From an uncultured Spirosoma sp. (GTDB lineage Bacteria; Bacteroidota; Bacteroidia; Cytophagales; Spirosomataceae), in NCBI GenBank assembly GCA_964244155.1, contig CAXTJJ010000001.1, positions 1 to 62,394 of the forward strand: a DNA stretch of 62,394 nucleotides, written 5' to 3'. The translations under genes and the position numbers were made by a program. Below the pieces are notes generated by a model, which saw only the letters and a list, made by a program, of their open reading frames with translations, ran no database searches and had not been told where the DNA came from. The first letter of the stretch is position 1; every line of letters begins with the position of its first letter. Shown here one piece after another: positions 1 to 10,536 of this stretch.

Positions 1-47
1 ACCTGACCTGTTTTGGCATTGCGTATTACTTTGTTCTGGTAGGCCAT
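1..47 (-). CDS. N-terminus of a gene running off the left edge, possibly a cupin-domain protein
   Basis: ATG at 47-45 reads MAYQNKVIRNAKTGQ; a sigma54-like promoter lies at 84-98. The cupin call is recollection from only 15 aa. Confidence 0.5.
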   Translation of the reverse strand, partial: MAYQNKVIRNAKTGQ

Positions 48-83
48 GTCCGTATGGTTAATAGGTCTGATACTTGTTAGAAA

Positions 84-98
84 ACAAGGCGCATGCCA
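84..98 (-). promoter_or_regulatory. sigma54 -24/-12 promoter candidate
   Basis: Minus strand TGGCAT-GCGCC-TTGT, canonical spacing, 37 bp before the ATG at 47. Confidence 0.6.
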
Positions 99-333
99 GA
101 AGCGGCATCAAAACTCAGTCGAAACATCCCGCAATTTGTTGACTTCTGCCGAAATGGAGACTTGCCTTGCACAAGGCCTGATTTTTCCTTTTAGGTGAGT
201 CGAATACAAGCTCTTTTTATGAAAATTTTATGGCGTTGGTCATGCCCGTTGGCAGGTAAAAACCCGTCTAAGGAATTTTGATTGGGGGCTTCCTCCAATA
301 GCTTCGTACTTCCTTACGAAATTGTTTAACTAT

Positions 334-348
334 TCCAGATATACTGGA
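334..348. promoter_or_regulatory. putative bEBP enhancer site
   Basis: TCCAGATATACTGGA (TCCAG/CTGGA arms). Related copies at 267, 13073, 16774, 16915, 20060. Confidence 0.55.
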
Positions 349-454
349 TTGAACAATTGGTCTTTACCCAATTCTGGTATGCATCAGCCGATTAAAAAGG
401 CCATTTCCAGCTTATTAAGGGGTATATTAGACGATCCAGATTTTTGGCGACCTT

Positions 455-469
455 CGGCACAGGGATTGG
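455..469 (+). promoter_or_regulatory. sigma54 promoter candidate for the catalase-like operon
   Basis: CGGCAC-AGGGA-TTGG; canonical spacing, non-canonical -12. Confidence 0.45.
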
Positions 470-502
470 TACAGGGTTGCTGAACCATTACTAAGCATCT
501 AT

Positions 503-1576
503 ATGCAACCCTTTTCATTTACTCCGAATAAGCTAACCGGCGAACGCCCTAGCCTTAAAGGCAACCTCTTCACTGTGACGCTGCTACTGATTGGCCTGGT
601 GCCAGGCGCTGGAAACCGGGTCATGGCTCAGGATGGAAACGCCGGTATCAAATCGACGACGAAAGCAACGCCCATTCAGGTCGTAGATATGTTTCATACG
701 GCATTTGGTAAACATGACGGGCGGGCCGTTCATGCGAAAGGCTTCATTCTGGAAGGTAGTTTTACACCCGCACCAGAGGCCCGTGCGCTGACGAAAGCGG
801 CCCATTTACAAAGCAGTTCGCTGCCGATTCTTGTTCGATTCTCCGACTTCACGGGGATTCCCAATATTCCCGATACGGTAGGGGCCTCGCACCCACGGGG
901 GATGGCCATCAAGTTTCAAATGCCCGAGAATCAATCGACCGATATCATCTTCCACAGCTTCAACGGTTTCCCGGTATCCACAACAGACGAGTTCAAAGTT
1001 ATGCTGGAAGCCATTGGTGCCAATCGCGAAGGGAATCCGGCCCCACTCAGCCAGTTTCTGGCGACACATCCCATCGCGAAGACGTTCCTGACAACGCAAA
1101 AGCCGTTCACCCCAAGCTGGGGTACGCTGGCCTATTTTGGCGTGAATTCATTTAAGTTCACCAACAAGGCGGGCCAATCACAGTACGTTCGTTATCAGAT
1201 CATACCCGAAGCCGGAGAACAATTCCTGACGGCTCAGCAGGTTGCCCGGTTAGGCCCCAGTTACCTACAAGAAGAAATTAAGGAGCGGGTGGCCAACAAA
1301 CCGGTCGTGTTTAAGCTGTATGCGCAGATCGCTCAGAAAGGCGACAAGATCGAAGACCCATCCATTACCTGGCCCGATAGCCGGAAACGGGTTCTGCTTG
1401 GAACGGTGACAATTATCAAAGTGGCCGCGAACACGGTAACGGAGGATAAAACGCTGTTTTTCAATCCCAATAATGTACCCGAAGGAATAAATATTGCCGA
1501 CCCCATGCTGCTGGACCGGGCACGCGCCTATCCTATTTCGGTGGGTGGACGTCAGGGGGCCTTTGAGGTACATTGA
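503..1576 (+). CDS. catalase-related heme peroxidase (SrpA-like small catalase family), exported
   Basis: RAVHAKG distal His, VRFS, RGMAIKF, C-terminal RARAY proximal Tyr; hydrophobic signal-like N-terminus. Confidence 0.88.
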   Translation: MQPFSFTPNKLTGERPSLKGNLFTVTLLLIGLVPGAGNRVMAQDGNAGIKSTTKATPIQVVDMFHTAFGKHDGRAVHAKGFILEGSFTPAPEARALTKAAHLQSSSLPILVRFSDFTGIPNIPDTVGASHPRGMAIKFQMPENQSTDIIFHSFNGFPVSTTDEFKVMLEAIGANREGNPAPLSQFLATHPIAKTFLTTQKPFTPSWGTLAYFGVNSFKFTNKAGQSQYVRYQIIPEAGEQFLTAQQVARLGPSYLQEEIKERVANKPVVFKLYAQIAQKGDKIEDPSITWPDSRKRVLLGTVTIIKVAANTVTEDKTLFFNPNNVPEGINIADPMLLDRARAYPISVGGRQGAFEVH

Positions 1577-1698
1577 CGGTATACCGGCAGGTTGAAGTGC
1601 AGCCGCTCCACACCGCTAAATAATTTGACAGTTGCGCCAGCAAACCAGTCGCATAGCGGCTTGACAAAGCCTGGATTTACTCTAAACTCTTTACAGAC

Positions 1699-2493
1699 AT
1701 GCGAACAGTATTGATTACCGGGGCGACCTCAGGTATTGGATTGAGTATTGCCAGCAAGCTTCATGAAAACGACTTCAATGTGTTTGGCACCAGTCGTTTT
1801 CCGGAGCAGCATCAACACAAGGTTGCGTTTAAGCTATTGCCTTTAGACATCACCTCCGAGGAGTCGATAAAAAACTGCATCGCTACGTTATCGGCTAACT
1901 CGTTGGTCATCGACGCGCTTATAAATAATGCAGGAAATGACCTGAATGGGAGTGCCGAGGAAACCAGTTTGGCATTAGCCCGCAGCCAGTTCGAGATTAA
2001 CTTTTGGGGAACGGTCAACATAACAAAAGCTGTCCTGCCGTTGATGAGAGCGCAAAAAAATGGTCAGATCATCACCATTGGCTCCCTGGCCGGACTGGTT
2101 GGCATTCCCTTTCAGAGCTTCTACGTGGCCTCGAAACATGCGTTGGAAGGTTTTTTTAAGTCGTTGAGATTTGAAGTGAAGCCATTCAACATCCGTGTGT
2201 CCGTGATTGAGCCTGCCTTTTTCAAGACGAATCTGGTAAAGGGGTTTATCTACGCTGAACCAACGATTGCGGCTTATACCAAAGCCCGGGACAACGCCTT
2301 GTCGGTCTATTCGAGTTCGATAAAGAACGGCCCCTTGCCGGAACCGGTAGCGGAAACAGTAGTACAAATTCTGAATACAGCCAGGCCCCACTTTAGCTAC
2401 CGGGTTGGCATCGATGCTAAATCCCTCCCGCTCATTCAATTTCTGTCTTATCCTTTATTTGAATGGGGAGCCGCAAAACGATTCAAACTCTAA
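1699..2493 (+). CDS. short-chain dehydrogenase/reductase
   Basis: TGATSGIG, NNAG, YVASK (YxxxK). Confidence 0.93.
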   Translation: MRTVLITGATSGIGLSIASKLHENDFNVFGTSRFPEQHQHKVAFKLLPLDITSEESIKNCIATLSANSLVIDALINNAGNDLNGSAEETSLALARSQFEINFWGTVNITKAVLPLMRAQKNGQIITIGSLAGLVGIPFQSFYVASKHALEGFFKSLRFEVKPFNIRVSVIEPAFFKTNLVKGFIYAEPTIAAYTKARDNALSVYSSSIKNGPLPEPVAETVVQILNTARPHFSYRVGIDAKSLPLIQFLSYPLFEWGAAKRFKL

Positions 2494-2508
2494 AAACACC
2501 CAATACGT

Positions 2509-3324
2509 ATGAAAACTTTATTTTTCTCTCTACTCCTGACCAGCACCCTGCTGGTTCTGCTAACGGCCTGCAACGATGACAGTGACCCGGCACCGACAAA
2601 TACCTATGTGCTCGTTCATGGGGCCTGGCAGGCTCCTTACGCCTGGCAATATGTCCAGAGCCAACTGGAGCAAAAAGGCCAGAAGGTAGTCGTTGTCGAA
2701 TTACCCGGCCACGGAGCCGACAAAACAGCACCAGCTACGTTAACGATGGATGTTTATCGGGACAAGGTGATTTCCGCAATTAACAGTGTACAGGGGAATG
2801 TCATTCTGGTTGGGCATAGTATGGGTGGGGTGGTGGTTACGGCTACCGCCGAGAAGATTCCAACCCGTATCAATAAGCTGGTTTACATTGGCGCGTTCCT
2901 CCCGGTCAACGGCCAGTCGCTGCTGGCGTTGGCTTCGACCGACAGCACATCCCTGCTTGGCCCCGCTCTGATACCGTCGGCCGACAATCTGACGCTGGGT
3001 ATCAAACCGGAAAGCTTAATCCCGATTTTTATTCAGGACGGGTCAGATGCGGTGAAAAAACTGGTTGTCGACAATTTTCAGCCCGAGCCCGCTATTCCCT
3101 TTACCAATCCCGTAACGCTTACGGCTGCGAATTTCGGGAAGGTAGATAAGTACTACGTTCACACTGCTCAGGATCATGCCGTAGGCCTGCCTCTGCAAAA
3201 GCGAATGGTCGCAGCGGCAGGAATTAAGAAAACCTATACGCTCAACAGTAGCCACTGTCCGTTTCTGTCGATGACCGACCAGGTAACGACGGTACTCATG
3301 GACATCGGCAACGCTCAAAAGTGA
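2509..3324 (+). CDS. lipoprotein alpha/beta hydrolase (methylesterase/salicylate-esterase-like)
   Basis: Lipobox LLTAC; VLVHGAW, GHSMGG, QDHAV, SSHCPF triad motifs. Confidence 0.85.
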   Translation: MKTLFFSLLLTSTLLVLLTACNDDSDPAPTNTYVLVHGAWQAPYAWQYVQSQLEQKGQKVVVVELPGHGADKTAPATLTMDVYRDKVISAINSVQGNVILVGHSMGGVVVTATAEKIPTRINKLVYIGAFLPVNGQSLLALASTDSTSLLGPALIPSADNLTLGIKPESLIPIFIQDGSDAVKKLVVDNFQPEPAIPFTNPVTLTAANFGKVDKYYVHTAQDHAVGLPLQKRMVAAAGIKKTYTLNSSHCPFLSMTDQVTTVLMDIGNAQK

Positions 3325-3402
3325 GGTTAAATCACTTCGTATAGTAGTGACCGTCATTTATTAATTGACTAAAAAAACGTCTCTAAGGACATTTTCACGA
3401 AC

Positions 3403-4191
3403 ATGGAAGCAAGCAAAAAACGACCGATTCTTTTTATTACGGGTGCCTTTGTCGGCAACAACTGCTGGGATGAATGGATCTCGTACTTCTGCGCGAAAGG
3501 GTATTCCTGTAGCGCTCCGCCCTGGCACTATAAGGATGCTTCGCCCGCCGTACTCCGAAGTCGTCAGCCCGACCCGGATATAGCCTCCATCCGTCTGGCT
3601 CAGTTGACCGATTACTACGCTGAAATTGCCAATCGCTTCACGGAGAAACCCATCCTGATTGGCCATTCAATTGGCGGCCTGATGGTTCAGCTTTTACTGC
3701 AACGGAATCTGGGAACGGCGGGCGTGGCTATTCACCCCGTGGCTCCGCAGGGGCTCCTGACTTTTGAGCTATCCTTCTATAAATCCACCTGGCACCCATT
3801 GGGCTTGTTTACCGATTCGGATGAGAGCTATTTGATGTCGTTCGAGGATTGGCAGTACATTTTTACCAACGGGATGCCCTATGAGGCCCAGCGCGAAGCC
3901 TACGACAAATTTGTGGTGCCGGAATCGAAGAAAGTATCGAGGGACGGCCTGACTGAAGCGGCTCATATTGATTTCGCCAAATATCACCCCCCGTTGTTGA
4001 TCACCTCGGGCAGCACGGACCACATCATTCCGGCTTCACTCAACCATACCAATTACCTGAAGTACAAAGACAGTCGCTCCATCACCGACTATAAAGAATT
4101 TGATGGGCGTAATCACTTTGTACTGGGCCAGCCAACCTGGCGCGAAGATGCCGAATACATCCTGAATTGGCTGGAAAGCACCACGGTTTAG
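3403..4191 (+). CDS. alpha/beta hydrolase
   Basis: GHSIGG nucleophile elbow, GSTDHII Asp, GRNHF His. Confidence 0.85.
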   Translation: MEASKKRPILFITGAFVGNNCWDEWISYFCAKGYSCSAPPWHYKDASPAVLRSRQPDPDIASIRLAQLTDYYAEIANRFTEKPILIGHSIGGLMVQLLLQRNLGTAGVAIHPVAPQGLLTFELSFYKSTWHPLGLFTDSDESYLMSFEDWQYIFTNGMPYEAQREAYDKFVVPESKKVSRDGLTEAAHIDFAKYHPPLLITSGSTDHIIPASLNHTNYLKYKDSRSITDYKEFDGRNHFVLGQPTWREDAEYILNWLESTTV

Positions 4192-4245
4192 CGTTATGAT
4201 TTTGGTAGTCAGGCTGAAAATTAATGACAATAAACAGGCTAAATC

Positions 4246-5704
4246 ATGAATTCCTACACAGATTTAAATAAACAGTTCATCAACGGCCACTGGACAGATG
4301 GGGGTGCCGAAGTAACGAATGGATAACCTCAATCCATTTACGGAGGAGGTTATCCATTCGTTGCCGTCAGCGGCCACTCCTGATGTCGATGCCGCTTTTC
4401 AGGCTGCCAGACACTCGTCGGCTTCATGGGCGGCCACCAACCCACTGGTTCGCCGGGATTTACTTCTTAAAGCCGCCCGGCTCATTTCCGAACGGCAGGA
4501 GGAATTCATCGACTGGCTGACCAAAGAAGCAGGAAGTACCTATATCAAAGGTGTTATTGAGGTACAACAGGCGCATGATATTTTGGTAGAAGCGGCCTCG
4601 TTTCCAACCCGGATGCACGGCCGGACAATGGCGTCGACTATCGACGGAAAAGAATCGTATGTATACCGTAAGCCATTAGGTGTCGTCAGCCTGATAAGCC
4701 CCTGGAATTTTCCGTTATACCTCTCCATGCGGACTATTGCACCCGCGCTGGCGGTTGGCAACACGATGGTCGTCAAGCCCTCGGTGGAGTCGTTGGTGAC
4801 GGGGGGAACGATCATTGCCAAATTGCTTGAAGAAGTAGGGTTTCCGGCGGGGGTGTTCAACGTAGTGGTAGGAAAATCAGATTTGATTGGCGACTATTTC
4901 ACCGCCCATCCCGTATCTAAACTGGTTTCCTTTACCGGCTCAACGCCGGTAGGTAAAGGTATCGGTCGGATTGCGGGCGAGTCTGTCAAGAAGTCGGCAC
5001 TTGAGCTGGGCGGTAATAATGCCTTCATTGTGCTGAACGATGCCGACGTTGAGCAGGCCGTGGCAGGTGCCATATTTGGGAAGTTTCTGCACCAGGGGCA
5101 GGTGTGCATGGCCACAAACCGGATATTGGTCCATCAGTCCCTCTACGAAGAATTCAAGGCCAAATTCGTAACCCATGCCCGAACATTACCCTATGGCGAT
5201 CCGGCTAATAAACAGACGGTCATTGGGCCGGTAATCGACAGCAAAGCGGTAAAACGTATTCTGGGTATGATCGACGAATCGGTCAGGATGGGGGCAATCG
5301 TTGACACCGGAAATCAGGCAGAAGGCAATGTCATACAACCTACGGTGCTATCGAACGTAACGGTCGATATGCCCATCTTCCGGGATGAAATTTTCGGTCC
5401 TGCGGTGAGTATCATGCCGTTCACGACAGATGAAGAGGCCATTGCGCTGGCCAATGCCACCGAATATGGGTTAAGCGGTGCCGTGCATACCCGTGATATA
5501 TACCGGGGTATGAAGCTGGACCGGCAGGTCGAAACGGGCATGATCCACATCAATGATCAGTCAGACAATGACGAAGTCCATGCGCCTTTTGGTGGCGAAA
5601 AATCATCGGGTACGGGCCGCTTTGGCGGAGACTTTATGCTGGAAGAAATGACCACCCTGCAGTGGGTAAGTTTAGCACATGAGCCGCGACAGTATCCTTT
5701 CTAA
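4246..5704 (+). CDS. aldehyde dehydrogenase (aromatic/YfmT-like); 5' end frameshifted
   Basis: PWNFP, FTGST, LELGG, GQVC, EIFGP. The natural N-terminus MNSYTDLNKQFINGHWTDG starts at 4246, 73 nt (out of frame) before the long ORF at 4319. Confidence 0.88.
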
Positions 5705-5747
5705 CCTAGGATAGAGTCATTGAAACTAATGTGAAAATATAAGTTGA

Positions 5748-8003
5748 TTACGCCTCATAGTTTAACTTCTCCGCTGTAAACAGCAAACTTATCTGTAACC
5801 CGTCGTTTTTATCGATTTGAAGGGTGCCTTTTAATTGTTTACTCAGTCCCCAAATTAAGCTCATACCCAGTGTTTGACTTTGATGCGGGTTGACATCGGA
5901 AGGTAAGCCAATGCCATTATCCCTGATCGTGAGCCGGTAGGTTTTGCGATCAGGTTTTGTTAGTTCAATGGCGATAAAACCGTCCCTTTCTGACGGAAAC
6001 GCGTGCTATAGTGAGTTGGTCACCGCTTCGTTTATGAGTAGGCCCAGCGGAACGGCCAGCGTTATGTCCAACCCAGCAGGGGCTACAGCAATTTGCTTCC
6101 GGACGGTATCCTGACGGTCAAAGCTTGTAATCAGGTAATCAACAATTTCTTCTATGTACTCGGATAGTTCAACGTTGGCTAATTGGTCGGATTGATAGAG
6201 CTTCTGATGAATCAGCGCCATAGCGTGTACGCGGTTTTGACTTTCCCGAATAGCTGACTGGGCCGTCGGATCGGTTAAAAACATGCCTTGAGAATGTAGC
6301 AGACTGCTGATAATCTGAAGGTTATTTTTAACCCGGTGATGGATCTCTTTGAGCATCCACTCTTTCTCCTCCAGTAGCTGATCTTTTTCGGTGATCACTT
6401 GCTGGAGGAAATCATTTTTCAGGTTGATTACCTGCTGCTGAGCCTGAAGAAGTTGATGACTACGTTGTTTGAGCCGGTACCGGTTGTAGCTCACGCCGAG
6501 CAGACCCGCTAATAGAATAGCCCCGGCAATGACGCCATAGCGAGTCGTTTGGGCCCGTTTCAATTCGCTTTGCTGGCGATGTTCTTTTTCGGTCAAGAGC
6601 TGTATTTGCTGCTCTTTTTTCTGGGTATCATACTGAATTTCCAATTCGTTAATCTGCCTGCTTTTGCTCGCATTAAACATGGAGTCATTTAACGCTTTGT
6701 ACTGCTGAAACTGAGTAATAGCGGCAACATACCGCCCCGCAGCAGAATCTACTTTGAACTGCATTAAGTGCACTTCCATGAGGATGTTGGCGGGCACTTG
6801 ACCCACTGGGGCCGCCAGCAGTTTATGGAGAAAGGGACTGGCTTTGGAAAACTGATGTGTAGCCACATAAAATCGCCCAATGCCCATGTTCGCAACCAGG
6901 GCTACCCAGGACACGGTTTTTCTGCTCCACTCAATGCTTTCTAAATAATAGGCTTCTGCCCGTTTGTATTGCTTCAGGGCGGCATAACACTCCCCAAAAC
7001 TTTCGGCCATTGTCATTTTATCATCAACGACAAGTGGCAGGTTTTTTCGATTAATAGCTGTCAAAAATTGTAGTGCTTCCTGTGCCTTACCCTGTTTAAG
7101 TAAGGCTCTGGCTAACTTTTTAGCCATTCCGGCATCGACAATCACCTGACCTTTCTTTTCACTAATGGCCAGCGACTTTCTATACGTATCGACACTTTTA
7201 TCAATCTGTCCCAACTCAAAATAAATATTTCCCAGTCTGAAGTAGGCATAGTCCAACTCACTTTTATTCCCGCTAGCCTCTATGCTCTTGATCATCTCCA
7301 GAGCGTTAGACAGCGCATAATTAAATTCGCCCCGATAAAAACCAATATTCGATAGTGCCGCGTACGTCCTGTAAATACTTTTGTCGCCGCTGAATTTTTG
7401 GATCGCCAGGGTACGCAGGTACTCCTGTTCAGCCTCCTTAAACTTACCCTGTATACTGTGCGTTTCACCTATAGCCGACCGTATAATGGCTTCCTGTTGA
7501 CGATCACCTACTTGGTTTGCCAGGGCCAGTGCATGCCCATAGGTAGTTAAGATTTCTGTGTAGTGTTCTTCGTTCTTTACAAAACCAGATCCCATCCTGA
7601 ACCAGGCTTCACTTTCCTGCGCTTTATTACCTGCCTGTCGGTAGGCCTTAATAACCTGAGTGAAGTAAGCTTTTCCTTGTGCCAGCTCGTTCTTTCTTAA
7701 ATAGTAGGTACCCAACTGATACATACTTTCGTCTTTCCATTTTCGCTTATCAAGCCGATTACTCAGCGTTAATGCCTGTTTAAAAAGCAGGAGGGTACTG
7801 TCCTGATTCGCTTTGGTTTGAGTGGGCAGACTGAGCTTATACTTACCTAATTCGAGCAATAGTTTCACCCGTGTTGTATCACTCTGACGACCTCTCAGGT
7901 GATTGCGTACGCTGTCGAGTTGTGGAGCAGGCAACTGAGTCTGCACCTGTAACGTAAACAGGCACCAGACATTCAGACTAGTTAACAGCTTCCTGATCAT
8001 CAT
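5748..8003 (-). pseudogene. TPR-sensor HisKA_2 histidine kinase with an in-frame TAG in the HATPase domain
   Basis: KEIHHRVKNNLQ H-box. After TAG at 6006-6008 the same frame continues HAFP...RDNGIG...SQTLGMSLIWGLSKQL to TAA at 5748; the paralogues have K (SLKHAF/SLKYAF) at the TAG position. Confidence 0.9.
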
Positions 8004-8074
8004 TGGTGAACCAAGTTCTTTAGTGCGATAAAGCTTACGTTATTGGATAAAAAGCAGCGTAAGTGATAGAACGG

Positions 8075-10447
8075 CTAGTCCTTACCGACCATTTCTTTGA
8101 CTATTTTTTCTTCGGTAAACGTCAGGCTTATCTGTACACCGTTGTTCGTATTGATTTGCAGGCGGCCACCCAGTTGCTTACTCAATCCCCAGATCAGCCT
8201 CATGCCTAACGTCTGACTATGGTTTGGATGTATATCAGCGGGCAGCCCAATGCCATTATCGCTGACCGTTAGTTGGTAGGTAAGGCTGTCCAGCTTTATA
8301 AGGTCAACTCGGATAATGCCCGACTGATTGGATGGAAAGGCGTGTTTAAGGGAATTGGTCACGATCTCGTTGATAATCAGTCCCAGAGGGACGGCAAGTG
8401 TCACATCCAGATCAATGGGAGCCAGTGAAATCTGCTTACGAATCGTATCTTCCCGATTAAACGATTGAATTAGGTAATCGACGATTTCCGTCACATAACT
8501 TGCCATGGGAATTGCCGTCAGCCGGTCGGATTGATAGAGCTTCTGATGAATCAGCGCCATGGCATGGACCCGGTTCTGACTTTCCCGAATGGCCGACTGC
8601 GCTACCTGGTCGGTTAAATACACGCCCTGAGAGTGGAGCAGGCTGGTGATGATCTGGAGGTTATTTTTGACCCGGTGGTGGATTTCTTTGAGCATCCATT
8701 CTTTCTCGGTCAGTAGTTGTTGCTGACCGGCTAAGAGCGTTTCCAGCGTCTGGTTTTTCTGATTTATCTCGCGTTGTTTCGTTTCAAGAAGCTGATTGCT
8801 CTGTTGCTTGATCCGGTAGCGGTTGTAACTTAATCCCAGCAGACAAAGCAACAGAAACAAACAGATCAGGATCGTATTTCGGATGGTTCGGGCCTGGTTT
8901 AATTTAGTTGCCTGAAGGTTGCTTTCTTTTCTAAGCAGGCTGATGTTATGCTTGTTTTCTTTTGTCTCATACTGGATTTCCAGCTGAGCAATCTGCTTTG
9001 CTTTGGTTTCGTTGAAAAGCGAGTCGTTCAGCACTTTATGAAGCCGAAAATGCCGAATGGCAGATAAGTAATTTCCCCGGGATGAATCGACCTTAAAGAG
9101 CATGTAGTGGATGTCTTTCACCGTCGATAAAGCGTGTTTCTGGGGAATAAAGGCCAGTGCTTTTTCCAGATAGAGACCGGCCTTTTTTATGTCCTGCTGT
9201 TCCAGATAAAACTGACCGACTTCGGCCTGAACTTTCTGTGAGATTTCGGTATTCTGATGCGATTTTTCGTACCAGTCAATCGCTTCCAGGTAGTAGCGCT
9301 CAGCCAATGCAGGCTGATGCAGGGCTTTGTAGCTATTGGCCAGACTTTGTGCGATACAGCCTTTTTGAACTTTGTTGATAGGCGGAATTTCCCGGACGAG
9401 CGAATTCAACAGGTTAATGGCTTCCTGCGGTTGATGGCGGGCAGTCATATCACGGGCAATAATACTGGCAACGTTGTACATGGGCAGCTCGGCCTGTTTT
9501 TCCTGCCGCCATTTCTGGAGTGATTTTTTGTACCAGCTAATGGCCTGTTTCTGTTTGCTCAACTCCCAGTAAATCTGGGCTACATCACCATAAAACGTGG
9601 CAGCGAGCAGGGTGTCCTGCGTCCGGTTCATGCTCTCCAGGCACTGAAACGAATAGCCCAGCGCTTTCCCATAATTTCCTTTTAATCGGTTGATGTACGA
9701 TAGCCAACTGTAGGTGTAATGGAGCTTGGGATAGCCAATGGCTTTGTAGCGATTCAACACATTGACGAACTCGTCATTACCCAAATCCAGCTTTCCCTGA
9801 TTGGTATGAAACGCGGCAATCTCACGAAGGATAAAAATTTCGGATTCATAGTTCCCCAGTGCATGATAAAGGGAAGCCGCCTGTGCATAGCAAGCCTCTA
9901 CCACCGGGAAATTCTTTGTCGTAAATACGGAACAAGCACCAAATCTGGCCAGCGCGTTGGCTTGCCCACTTTTATCCTTTGTGCGTTTACAGTCGTTGAT
10001 GAGTTCGTTAAAAAGTAAATTCCCCGTAGTGGTGTCCCTTAATTCCATGTGGGCAACCACCAGCATAGTCTCGGCTGCGTGGCGTTTGGCAGGCAAATGA
10101 AGTGTGGTACTTAATGCTTTCGCCTGATTCAAAAATCCTCTGGCGCTGTCTAAATCTAGTTTTACTTCTCCGTATTTCAGCACATGGAATTTACCCAGCT
10201 CAATCAGCGCATTGATGCGGCTTGTGTCGTTCGGGCTACCGGCAAGCTGCTTGAGGTATTGATTCACCATTTGTCGGTTTATATTCTGTCCCCGGCTCGA
10301 CAGGCCGGTCAAAAGCAGACCAATTAACAGCCCGAAGCATGGCAAAAGGCTCTTAAAAAGAAGCAAAAACATAGTCCTTTCCAATAAGACAACCTTAGGT
10401 AGCCCTATTGATGATTGCCGGTGATTAGACGTACCGATTAGCTTCAT
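8075..10447 (-). CDS. TPR-sensor histidine kinase, HisKA_2 type
   Basis: Signal/TM, TPR-like repeats, TM, KEIHHRVKNNLQ, NEIVTNSLKHAF, DNGIG. True start may be downstream. Confidence 0.92.
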   Translation of the reverse strand: MKLIGTSNHRQSSIGLPKVVLLERTMFLLLFKSLLPCFGLLIGLLLTGLSSRGQNINRQMVNQYLKQLAGSPNDTSRINALIELGKFHVLKYGEVKLDLDSARGFLNQAKALSTTLHLPAKRHAAETMLVVAHMELRDTTTGNLLFNELINDCKRTKDKSGQANALARFGACSVFTTKNFPVVEACYAQAASLYHALGNYESEIFILREIAAFHTNQGKLDLGNDEFVNVLNRYKAIGYPKLHYTYSWLSYINRLKGNYGKALGYSFQCLESMNRTQDTLLAATFYGDVAQIYWELSKQKQAISWYKKSLQKWRQEKQAELPMYNVASIIARDMTARHQPQEAINLLNSLVREIPPINKVQKGCIAQSLANSYKALHQPALAERYYLEAIDWYEKSHQNTEISQKVQAEVGQFYLEQQDIKKAGLYLEKALAFIPQKHALSTVKDIHYMLFKVDSSRGNYLSAIRHFRLHKVLNDSLFNETKAKQIAQLEIQYETKENKHNISLLRKESNLQATKLNQARTIRNTILICLFLLLCLLGLSYNRYRIKQQSNQLLETKQREINQKNQTLETLLAGQQQLLTEKEWMLKEIHHRVKNNLQIITSLLHSQGVYLTDQVAQSAIRESQNRVHAMALIHQKLYQSDRLTAIPMASYVTEIVDYLIQSFNREDTIRKQISLAPIDLDVTLAVPLGLIINEIVTNSLKHAFPSNQSGIIRVDLIKLDSLTYQLTVSDNGIGLPADIHPNHSQTLGMRLIWGLSKQLGGRLQINTNNGVQISLTFTEEKIVKEMVGKD

Positions 10448-10536
10448 GGGTAACTGACTATACGGGATAGTCCATTTCGTATTCCTTGTGCAATTTCAAC
10501 CATATTTACCAGAATACTAGCAACCTAAGGTGTTGA

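Noticed and set aside
467-481. TGGTACAGGGTTGCT as a sigma54 promoter
   Set aside because: GG-to-GC spacing is 9 nt, not the required 10.
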